Program-made: the position numbers and the translations under genes
From: a virus
Taxonomy: Duplodnaviria > Caudoviricetes
IMG/VR virus record: IMGVR_UViG_3300050015_000366
Coordinates: 1-53,761 of that record
Strand: one strand, 5' to 3'
Length of the DNA stretch: 53,761 bases
The notes under the pieces: model-generated
Databases searched by the model: none
What the model saw: the letters and a program-made list of their open reading frames with translations, nothing else
What the model was told of the DNA's origin: nothing
Shown: piece by piece, positions 25,784 to 33,524 of the stretch
How positions within the stretch are numbered: position 1 is the stretch's first letter
How the letters are laid out: each line of letters opens with the position of its first letter

Positions 25784-26452
25784 ATGGATGAATCACGGGA
25801 CAGCGAACAGGCGAAGCCGAAACGGCAGGCGAAGAAGGCGCGCCGCCTCTTCGGAGGCCTTCGGCATCGTAACGCGCGCGCGCAGCGGGCCTTCCTGGCC
25901 GCCTATGCGAAAACGGGCAACATCTCGCGGTCGGCGAAGGCGGCACGGATCGACCGGGACACGCACTGCAACTGGCTGAAGTTTCCCGGGCCAGCCGGCG
26001 AGGCCTACCGTGCGGCGTTTGCCGTGGCCGAGGAGATGGCCGCCGACGTCCTCGAGGAGGAAGCCAGGCGCCGCGCCGTCAACGGGCTCGTGCGCTTCCA
26101 GTTCGATCGCCACGGCAACCCATTGAAGCACCCGGTCACCGGCAAGCCCTACACCGAGACCGAATATAGCGACCTGCTGCTGCGCGAGCTGCTCAAGGGA
26201 AACCGGCCGGCGAAGTATCGCGACCAGCCGAAGGAGGCCGTCTCGGTTGAGGACGTGGTCCGGCTCTTCGCGGCCTTCACGGCGGCGTTCAGGGCTGAAG
26301 TCTTCTCGATCGTCGCCGACGCCGCGATCGCCAACCGCCTGCTCTCGGCCGTGCAGCTGCGCGTGTCGAAGGCCCTGGCGCTGCCAGACGTGCCGGCAAC
26401 GGCTGCCGTGTCGGAGCCCGTCGCGATCGAGAAGCCGGAGGCCGGCGCATGA
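25784..26452 (+). CDS. terS: terminase small subunit
   Basis: AFLAAYAKTGNISRSA HTH, LEEEARRRAVNG, YSDLLL...PAKYRD; directly upstream of terL. Confidence 0.8.
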   Translation: MDESRDSEQAKPKRQAKKARRLFGGLRHRNARAQRAFLAAYAKTGNISRSAKAARIDRDTHCNWLKFPGPAGEAYRAAFAVAEEMAADVLEEEARRRAVNGLVRFQFDRHGNPLKHPVTGKPYTETEYSDLLLRELLKGNRPAKYRDQPKEAVSVEDVVRLFAAFTAAFRAEVFSIVADAAIANRLLSAVQLRVSKALALPDVPATAAVSEPVAIEKPEAGA

Positions 26453-28050
26453 GGACTGCCACGATCGGCGACCCGCTGTTGCGCATCAAGCAGGCCATCA
26501 TCGACGGCCTGGCGCCCGACGTGAACGAACAGCGGCCCGTGATCGGGGCACCCGTCATCACGACTGAGTCGGAGCTCGCCGCCTACCTGCGCGACACGTT
26601 CGGCGTGCGGCTGCCGTCGACGCGCGTCTGTCCGACGCACTGCTCGCCGTGGGAGGCGTTCTGCGAGGCCTACTTCGCCCGCTCGCCGGTGTCGGTGTGG
26701 AAGGCCTCGCGGGGCCTCGGCGGAAAGTCGTTCACGCTCTCGCTGCTCGGCCTGGTCGAGGCCGTGACGCTCGGCGTGGACGTCAACGTCGTCGGTGGAT
26801 CCGGTGAACAGGCGCAGCGCGTGCTCGAAGCGATGGGGCGGCTCTGGGACGCGCCGAGCGCGCCCCGGGCGATGCTGGCCTCCGAGCCGGCGCAGCGCCA
26901 TACGAAGCTCGTCGCCGGCAACGTCATCCGCGCGCTGATGGCGTCGACCAAGTCGGTGCGTGGTCCGCATCCTGTGCGCCTGCGCCTGGACGAGGTCGAC
27001 GAGATGGACCTGGCGATCCTCGACGCGGCGATGGGACAGCCGATGAGTGCGCGCGGCGTGCTCTCCCAGACCGTCATGTCGTCGACCCACCAGTATCCGG
27101 ACGGGACGATGACGCAGATCTTGCAGCGGGCGAAGGAGCGGAACTGGCCGATTCGCGAGTGGTGCTGGCGGGAGTCGATGGCGCCGCACGGCTGGCTCGA
27201 CCCCGCCGAGATCGAGCGCAAGCGGCAGCAAGTGACCGACGCGATGTGGAAGACGGAATACGACCTGCAGGAACCGTCCGCCGAAGGGCGCGCCATCATG
27301 ACCGAGAAGGTCGCCGCGATGTTCGCGCGCGAGCTCGGTCACTTCCCGACGGGGCACCAGGGCGCGATCGAGGCCGAGCCGCCCGACCCGAAGGCGACGT
27401 ATGCAACCGGTGCCGACTGGGCGAAGGAACAGGACTGGACGGTCATCGTCACGTTCCGGACCGACGTCACGCCCTGGCGACTCGTCGCGTTCGAGCGCCT
27501 GCAGCGCCGGCCGTGGCCCGACATGGTGAGCCGGCTCGACGCGCGGATCGCGCGCTACGCGGGATCACGTCACCTCGCAGCGCACGATGCGACGGGCGGC
27601 GGCAACGTCGTGTCCGACCTCATCGAACACCAGGTCGAGGGCGTCATCATGGTCGGGCGCGAGCGGTCGACGCTCTTCTCGAACTACATCAAGGGCATTG
27701 AGCACGACGAGCTGCGGGCGCCGTTCATCGAAACGATGGAGGCCGAGCACCGCTACGCGACGGTCGATGACCTCTTCGGTGCCGGGCATCCGCCGGACAG
27801 CCTGGTCGCCGGCGCGCTCGCGTATCGGGCCGCGGTCGGACGCGGGCGCGGCTTCCTCGACTGGATGAAGGGCAAATCGGACGGCGCCGCCTCGCCAGCG
27901 CTGCCGCCCCCGGCGGCCCCCGGCGACGACGCGGACGCGCTGGTCATGCGGCACCAGCAGTGCAGGATTCGCGGGATGACGCGGACCGTGGTCGAGGGCG
28001 GACGCGTGCGGTGTGCCACCTGTGGATGTGATCTTGGGAGGGCAGGATGA
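26449..28050 (+). CDS. terL: terminase large subunit
   Basis: RGLGGKS Walker A, LRLDEVDE Walker B, nuclease motifs GADWAKEQDWTV, HDATG, PDSLVA. Confidence 0.88.
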   Translation: MRTATIGDPLLRIKQAIIDGLAPDVNEQRPVIGAPVITTESELAAYLRDTFGVRLPSTRVCPTHCSPWEAFCEAYFARSPVSVWKASRGLGGKSFTLSLLGLVEAVTLGVDVNVVGGSGEQAQRVLEAMGRLWDAPSAPRAMLASEPAQRHTKLVAGNVIRALMASTKSVRGPHPVRLRLDEVDEMDLAILDAAMGQPMSARGVLSQTVMSSTHQYPDGTMTQILQRAKERNWPIREWCWRESMAPHGWLDPAEIERKRQQVTDAMWKTEYDLQEPSAEGRAIMTEKVAAMFARELGHFPTGHQGAIEAEPPDPKATYATGADWAKEQDWTVIVTFRTDVTPWRLVAFERLQRRPWPDMVSRLDARIARYAGSRHLAAHDATGGGNVVSDLIEHQVEGVIMVGRERSTLFSNYIKGIEHDELRAPFIETMEAEHRYATVDDLFGAGHPPDSLVAGALAYRAAVGRGRGFLDWMKGKSDGAASPALPPPAAPGDDADALVMRHQQCRIRGMTRTVVEGGRVRCATCGCDLGRAG

Positions 28051-28952
28051 AGTTCGACGTCGACAAGATCTCCGATCAGAAGCGCCTCGCGAGGGGCGAG
28101 CAGTGGCTATTGGCCAGGGCATGCCTTCGCGCCAGGGACGGAGTCCATCATCGTCAGTGGCGCGTGATGACCCTTTCGGGCGAGGCGCCAGGCGGAGAGT
28201 TCACAGCGATTAGAGAGCTGATGCCAAAGGCCCAGATCACTGCGGTCGATTTGAGCACGGCCGCGCTTGAGAAGGCTATCGAGGCAGGGGCGGACGAAGT
28301 CATTTGTTGCGATCTTTCGCAAACGACAGACAGCCCAAGGTCGGATGGTCAAACGAGAAACGGCCCAGCGTCGGCCCTGGCCGGGCTGAGATACGACGTT
28401 GTGAACCTTGATTTCTGCGGAACGCCGACAGACCAGATGCGAGAAGTCATCTCGGTCTATCGTCACATCGTTGAGCACTTCGGCGTCTACATGGTGACGT
28501 TCGCCTACGGCAGGGACGTCATTGAGCGCTGGGCCGGGATCGTGCCTACGGAGCGGCGGCGTCTCGTCCGCGCTGCAGCCATGGCGCAGAAGACGGGCTT
28601 GCCCACAAGAACGACGCGCACCATACGGGTCTTGGATCGCCTCGTCTCGGCCCTTGATGACACGCTCGCCGCGCGCGTCGTCTGGCTCTCAAGGGGGATC
28701 CTCGCAGACCTTCGGTCGGTCATCGTCTACCGCGGCCACGCGATGCCGATGTGTGCGCTTCTCTTCTGTTCGCTGCGCCATCCGGGAGAGCCGTCGGTTG
28801 TTACGCTGGACGAAGGAGATTTCGAGTTGGCAGTCGAACACCTCAGCGCCTCTCGGCTATACGACTGCCCGGAGGATCGTATCGCGTTCTTTCGTCGGCA
28901 CGCCATTGCGATGAGCGCGGTTCGCACGCGACAAGCGAGACAGGCATCATGA
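28047..28952 (+). CDS. hypothetical protein, possible class I SAM-dependent methyltransferase fold
   Basis: MTLSG...ITAVD...YDVVNLDFCG; codon usage less GC3-biased than its neighbours. Confidence 0.5.
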   Translation: MKFDVDKISDQKRLARGEQWLLARACLRARDGVHHRQWRVMTLSGEAPGGEFTAIRELMPKAQITAVDLSTAALEKAIEAGADEVICCDLSQTTDSPRSDGQTRNGPASALAGLRYDVVNLDFCGTPTDQMREVISVYRHIVEHFGVYMVTFAYGRDVIERWAGIVPTERRRLVRAAAMAQKTGLPTRTTRTIRVLDRLVSALDDTLAARVVWLSRGILADLRSVIVYRGHAMPMCALLFCSLRHPGEPSVVTLDEGDFELAVEHLSASRLYDCPEDRIAFFRRHAIAMSAVRTRQARQAS

Positions 28953-29158
28953 GCGACCTCTCGAACGCGACTCTCAACCCCGCCGAAGCCGTGCGGCGTC
29001 TTACCAAAGTCATCGAGCGCCTGAAGCGAGAACCTCCAGTCATCAGGCGACTGCAGCTCCTGGCGCGATCGCCATCGACAACCGAGTACGAGCGCCTAGC
29101 CATCGCGACAACCATACTAGCGATCCGGCGACAATCGCTACGGAAGACCACATCATGA
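28949..29158 (+). CDS. hypothetical protein
   Basis: ATGA-coupled on both sides. Confidence 0.5.
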   Translation: MSDLSNATLNPAEAVRRLTKVIERLKREPPVIRRLQLLARSPSTTEYERLAIATTILAIRRQSLRKTTS

Positions 29159-29478
29159 GCCAGTCTGCCACGCCCATCGAAGACTTCGCCAACATGAACC
29201 CGCTCGGCACCCACGGCCTCACGCGCCTCGACTCCGGCCTGCTCGTTCCGGAGTCGGCGGTCCCGCCCCAGCCGCCGCCCACGCTGGCGCGCGAGGTCTG
29301 GCTGCGCGAGGACCTGAAGATCCTGCGGCGGATGGACAAGCGGCTCGTCGCGCTCGGCGTCAGGACGATGCTGCTCTGCGTCAACCCCGACTGCAAGGCG
29401 CCGTTGCTCGGGCTGCAGGCCGAAGAAGACGGGACGACGGTGCTCCAGTGCGGATGCAAGCGAAGGGAGATTCGATGA
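29155..29478 (+). CDS. hypothetical protein with Zn ribbon
   Basis: CVNPDC...CGC. Confidence 0.6.
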   Translation: MSQSATPIEDFANMNPLGTHGLTRLDSGLLVPESAVPPQPPPTLAREVWLREDLKILRRMDKRLVALGVRTMLLCVNPDCKAPLLGLQAEEDGTTVLQCGCKRREIR

Positions 29479-29756
29479 AGGGCGAGGCGCTGAGGAACGG
29501 CGCGGATAGCGCTAAGGTCGCGGCCGACCAGCAGGATGTCAAGCCAGCGCTCGCGAGCGCCCCCCCCTTCTGTGTTCGGCCTGCTCGCGCCGGACGCGGC
29601 AAAGGCGTACTCGGCCACCATCGCGATGCTTGACTCGGTGGACCCGCGATCGGGGACCGTCACACGCAAGCGGCGCTGGTGATCTCGGCCGGCGCGCGCG
29701 CGATCGTGTGACCACGGCGGGGACGTCACTCGGACGGAGGATGTCAGTGAGGACTC

Positions 29757-29975
29757 ATGGCGACGATTCGACGATTGCTCGAACAGGCCCAGCGCGACGA
29801 GTACGTCTCGGCGACGGCGCTCGCGGCGTTCTACGGCGTCTCGGCTCGCACCGTCCACAGGCTTGCCGAGCGGGGGCGCTGCCCGCATCGCCACGTGGGG
29901 CACCAGATCCGCTACCGCCGCGAGCAACTGCTGCGCCTGATGGCCGAGCACTACCCGGCCGATCCAGAGAGCTGA
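29757..29975 (+). CDS. excisionase/MerR-like helix-turn-helix protein
   Basis: YVSATALAAFYGVSARTVHRLAERGRCP...VGHQIRY; GAGGA SD. Confidence 0.8.
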   Translation: MATIRRLLEQAQRDEYVSATALAAFYGVSARTVHRLAERGRCPHRHVGHQIRYRREQLLRLMAEHYPADPES

Positions 29976-29981
29976 ATCGGT

Positions 29982-30029
29982 CAATAGCGACACTAGCGCC
30001 AATAGCGACACTAGCGCCAATAGCGACAC
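29982..30029 (+). repeat. 18-bp tandem repeat CAATAGCGACACTAGCGC x2.7
   Basis: Exact copies at 29982 and 30000, partial copy at 30018; intergenic. Confidence 0.9.
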
Positions 30030-30071
30030 AACCCATTGCGCCGCGCCTCCCCAGCCTCTACGGTGGAGGCC

Positions 30072-31991
30072 GTGCCGCTCGATCTGCGCGTCGGTCCCGT
30101 CCACCTGCACGTCGGCCGCGAGGCCCGGCAGGCGGAGCGATCGCCCGCACTCGCGGTCAATGCGGAGGTAGACCATGACCAGGTAGCCACGAAAGCCTCG
30201 CTCCCCTCAATGGCCGTGCCCAACGTCGAAGGCACGGCTCAGATTCGCGCCGCCGCCGCACAACCGAAGACGCCCTCGGGCTTTCCGATCCCGCCAGCCA
30301 CCGGCCAGCCTCCCGACCCAGGACAGACCCCGAACGCGAGCGACGCCAGCCGCCTCCTAGGCCCGATTCGCTACCAGTTCCCCTACGGCACCAACGCCAC
30401 CTTCACGCCGCGCGGCACACTGCGCCCGTTCGACCAGTTGCGCCGGATCGCCGACGCCTGCGCCGAGGTGCGGTTCTGCATCGAGACGCGCAAGGACCAG
30501 ATCTGCTCGCTCTCCTGGGACATCACGCCGAAGGACAGCAAGGCGACCGGGCAGAGCCTCGACGGCGAGATCAAGGCGGCGCGCGCGTTCTTCTCGGCGC
30601 CGGATCCTGGTCAGCCGCTCTCGACGTGGTTCCGCCAGGCGATCGAAGAGATCCTGGTCACCGACGCCCTGGCCATCTACCGCCGCCGCTCGCGCGGCGG
30701 AGACCTGCTCGGCCTCGAGCTCGTCGACGGCGCGACCTTCAAGTGCCAACTCGCCCAGGACGGACGGACGCCGAAGCCGCCGCTCGTGGCCTACCGCCAG
30801 ATCATCTACGGGCAGCCCGTCGCCGGCGGCGACTGCACGATCGACGACCTGATCTACCGCCCGCGCACCGTGCGGACGTGGACGCCCTACGGCATGAGCC
30901 CGACCGAGGCGGTCATGCTCGCCGTGACGGCCACGCTCAATCGCCAGGCCTTCGACGTCCTGCAATACACCGAGGGCACGCTGCCCGAGTCGTGGGCGAC
31001 GGTGCCGGAGTCCTGGCAGCCGAAGGACATCGACGAGTTCCAGACGTTCTTCGATTCCATGATGTCGGGGAACCTCACCCAGCGCAGCCGCGTGAAGTTC
31101 ATGCCGGCGGGCTCGAAGATCGAGTCGATGCGCCTGCGCGACTTTCAGGCCGGCTGGTACGAATGGTGGTTGAAGCTGATCGCGGCCGCCTTCGCCGTGC
31201 CGCCGTCCGAGCTGGGGTTCACGAACGACGTGAACCGAGCCACGTCGAAGAGCCAGGAGGACGTGGCCTTCCGCCGCGGCGTACGCCCGCTCGGGTCGTT
31301 CCTCAAAGAAATCTTCGACGACGTGCTCGCACGAGACCTGCGGCTTCCGCACCTCGAGTTCGTGTGGAAGAACACCGAGACCGAGGACCGCGCGAAGCAG
31401 GCGGCCGTCGACGAGATCCGCGTGCGCACCGGGATCGACAGCATCGACGAGATCCGCGTGCGCGACGGCCTGCCGATGATCGGCATGGGGAACGCCATCT
31501 TCACGCCGACCGGGCCGCTGTTCGTCGAGGATCTGATCGCGGACGTCGACGACGACCCGACGACCACGGAGACGAAGCCGGCTCCGGCCGCGCCCGCAAC
31601 GGCCACGCCGAAACCGTCCGCGCCGGCGCCGGAGCCAACGCCGCACACGGAAGGCGAAGCGCTGGACGGCCTCGAGGGCCAGGCCAAGGCGCTGGCGGCC
31701 GACCTCCGGCATTGGCGCACCGTGGCGCTCAAGGCGGCCAAGGCCGGCGCGCCCTGCAAGCCGTTCGTGAGCGCCGCGATCCCGCACGACGTCCACCACG
31801 AGATCGAGACAGCCCTGAAGGCCGCGACGACGCCGGCAGCCGTGCGCGCGCTGTTCGCCGAGATCGAGAAGCGCAAGCCGACGCTGCTCGAGCAGACGCG
31901 GATGCGTCGCAGGGTGCGCACAATGGCGGCCGACATTTTCCGGGCGCAAGGCGCCGCCCTGGTCGCGCACCTCGAGGAGCCCGCGTCATGA
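30072..31991 (+). CDS. portal protein
   Basis: LELVDGAT, YRQ, YGMSPTE, IAAAFAVPPSELG, IDEIRVRDGLP; GGAGG SD before GTG 30072 (alternative ATG 30210). Confidence 0.88.
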   Translation: MPLDLRVGPVHLHVGREARQAERSPALAVNAEVDHDQVATKASLPSMAVPNVEGTAQIRAAAAQPKTPSGFPIPPATGQPPDPGQTPNASDASRLLGPIRYQFPYGTNATFTPRGTLRPFDQLRRIADACAEVRFCIETRKDQICSLSWDITPKDSKATGQSLDGEIKAARAFFSAPDPGQPLSTWFRQAIEEILVTDALAIYRRRSRGGDLLGLELVDGATFKCQLAQDGRTPKPPLVAYRQIIYGQPVAGGDCTIDDLIYRPRTVRTWTPYGMSPTEAVMLAVTATLNRQAFDVLQYTEGTLPESWATVPESWQPKDIDEFQTFFDSMMSGNLTQRSRVKFMPAGSKIESMRLRDFQAGWYEWWLKLIAAAFAVPPSELGFTNDVNRATSKSQEDVAFRRGVRPLGSFLKEIFDDVLARDLRLPHLEFVWKNTETEDRAKQAAVDEIRVRTGIDSIDEIRVRDGLPMIGMGNAIFTPTGPLFVEDLIADVDDDPTTTETKPAPAAPATATPKPSAPAPEPTPHTEGEALDGLEGQAKALAADLRHWRTVALKAAKAGAPCKPFVSAAIPHDVHHEIETALKAATTPAAVRALFAEIEKRKPTLLEQTRMRRRVRTMAADIFRAQGAALVAHLEEPAS

Positions 31992-33514
31992 CGCCCGAGC
32001 AGCTCCGCCACCTGCTCGTGACGTTCCCGTGGGACAAGTGGGACGCGGAGTGGAAGCAAAAGTACGAGCCGCTCCACCGCGAGCTGCTCACCCTGGGCGG
32101 CGCCGCGGGCGCGACCGAGGCCGGGGGCGCGTTCGCGATCGACGACCCGATCGTGTCGGCGCTCAGCGAGCGCTACGTCGGCGAGCTCATCACGGAGCTC
32201 CAAGGCACGACGCGCGACGCGGTCTCCGCGCTCATCGAACGGACGATTGAAGACGGCCAGGCGGCGGCCTCTGGCGCGACGCCGTTCGAGCTGGGCACGG
32301 CGATCCGGGACGCGGTGCGCGAAGAGTTCTCCGGCTACGAGCGCTGGCGCGCGGACCGGATCGCCCGCACGGAATGCCTCCTACCTGAGACGCAGGTTGA
32401 CGCTGCTGTGGTGCGGGCAGCTCACAGACGGCCGTATGAAGGTCAGGTGGTCGAGGTCGAGACTGCCTCTGGCCGCCAGTTCACCGCAACCCCGAATCAC
32501 CCGATGCTCACGAGCTCTGGATGGCTTCCGTCTGGTCTCCTGGCAGAAGGCCACGATCTCGTCTGCGACAGTTTCCAAGAGCACCATGGTGCGACGGGCG
32601 ATCAGGATGTACAGCGACACCCATCCACGATCGCGCAGGTATTTGATGCGGTCGAGGCAGTAGGGGTCACGGAACGGCGTCGTTGTGCCGATCCAGACTT
32701 CCACGGCGACGGGCGGAAGGGCTATGTCGATGTTGCGTGTCCCAACGGGACGCTGACGCTCGGCAGATTCTCCGCGATCGACCAGCCACTGATGGAGTCG
32801 TTCTTCGCCCCATCCGATCAGGCGCGTGCGCGTTTCTGCGGCCGATGTAAACGCCTTCTCCCGATTGAGCAGACGTTGTGCCTCTGCGGCGTTTCTCGTG
32901 GCGACACCGGCCTCGCGCAGCCTGCGCTCGATAGCAGTGTTCGAGACGCCAAACCGCGCACAGAGGTCGACGACGGACTCGCCGTTCATGTAGCGCCTGA
33001 CGATTTGGTCAGAGGGCAGTCCCCGCAGGGTCCGCGGATGCTCGCCGCGAGCGAACCTGGCCAGGGCAGCATCGGACAGGCTGCGTTGAACGCCGGCTCG
33101 ACGAACGACATCAACCACCCAGTCAGCCTTGACGCCAAGCTCTCTGGCTATAGCCGTCGAGCCGAGCCCGGACAAATACAACTTGATCGCGTTCTCTCGG
33201 TGCGCATCAGGCAGTGGTCTGGACATGTGTTCAACCTCACGACCAGTGACGGTTACTTCGCCATTGCGGGTGGATTATACAGCGGGAACACGGCGATAGT
33301 CTACAACCAAGGCGCAGCGCTCGCCTACCACCAGAACGGGATCACGCACGTGGTGATCAGCGACGGACAGGGCGAGAACGGATGCGAGGAGTGCGAAGCC
33401 GTCGACGGCGAGATCTGGACCATCGAAGAGTTCCTGGCCGAACCGACTGCCCACCCGAACTGCACCAGGTCGGCGAGCCCGGCCGAGGCTGACGAGGCCG
33501 AAGAGGCCGCATAG
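31988..33514 (+). CDS. MuF/SPP1 gp7-like minor head protein containing an intein
   Basis: RADRIARTE|T split by the intein; C-terminal CEEC...HPNC-x-R; directly after the portal. Confidence 0.88.
   Translation: MTPEQLRHLLVTFPWDKWDAEWKQKYEPLHRELLTLGGAAGATEAGGAFAIDDPIVSALSERYVGELITELQGTTRDAVSALIERTIEDGQAAASGATPFELGTAIRDAVREEFSGYERWRADRIARTECLLPETQVDAAVVRAAHRRPYEGQVVEVETASGRQFTATPNHPMLTSSGWLPSGLLAEGHDLVCDSFQEHHGATGDQDVQRHPSTIAQVFDAVEAVGVTERRRCADPDFHGDGRKGYVDVACPNGTLTLGRFSAIDQPLMESFFAPSDQARARFCGRCKRLLPIEQTLCLCGVSRGDTGLAQPALDSSVRDAKPRTEVDDGLAVHVAPDDLVRGQSPQGPRMLAASEPGQGSIGQAALNAGSTNDINHPVSLDAKLSGYSRRAEPGQIQLDRVLSVRIRQWSGHVFNLTTSDGYFAIAGGLYSGNTAIVYNQGAALAYHQNGITHVVISDGQGENGCEECEAVDGEIWTIEEFLAEPTAHPNCTRSASPAEADEAEEAA
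32375..33289 (+). mobile_element. intein (305 aa) inserted in the MuF IARTE/T motif
   Basis: Starts CLLPET, block B TATPNHPMLT-x-x-GW, ends HVFNLTT...YSGN followed by Thr+1; removal restores IARTETA. Confidence 0.9.
32381..33226 (-). CDS. tandem-HTH plus Vsr/DUF559-like endonuclease encoded antisense inside the MuF intein
   Basis: Two HTH repeats (LYLSGLGSTAIARELGV; RYMNGESVVDLCARFGVS), then GEERL...Q-x-PVG-x-RNIDIA...VAVEV...RIKYLRDRGW; GAGGT SD before ATG. Confidence 0.82.
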   Translation of the reverse strand: MSRPLPDAHRENAIKLYLSGLGSTAIARELGVKADWVVDVVRRAGVQRSLSDAALARFARGEHPRTLRGLPSDQIVRRYMNGESVVDLCARFGVSNTAIERRLREAGVATRNAAEAQRLLNREKAFTSAAETRTRLIGWGEERLHQWLVDRGESAERQRPVGTRNIDIALPPVAVEVWIGTTTPFRDPYCLDRIKYLRDRGWVSLYILIARRTMVLLETVADEIVAFCQETRRKPSRAREHRVIRGCGELAARGSLDLDHLTFIRPSVSCPHHSSVNLRLR

Positions 33515-33524
33515 GAGCACGCAC

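Noticed and set aside
29982-30029. Tandem repeat as CRISPR or att site
   Set aside because: There are no spacers, no integrase and no second copy seen elsewhere.
30626-31987. N-terminal 450 aa of the 962-aa track ORF containing MuF
   Set aside because: It overlaps the portal in another frame and is low-complexity Arg-rich; the real start is the ATGA-coupled ATG at 31988.
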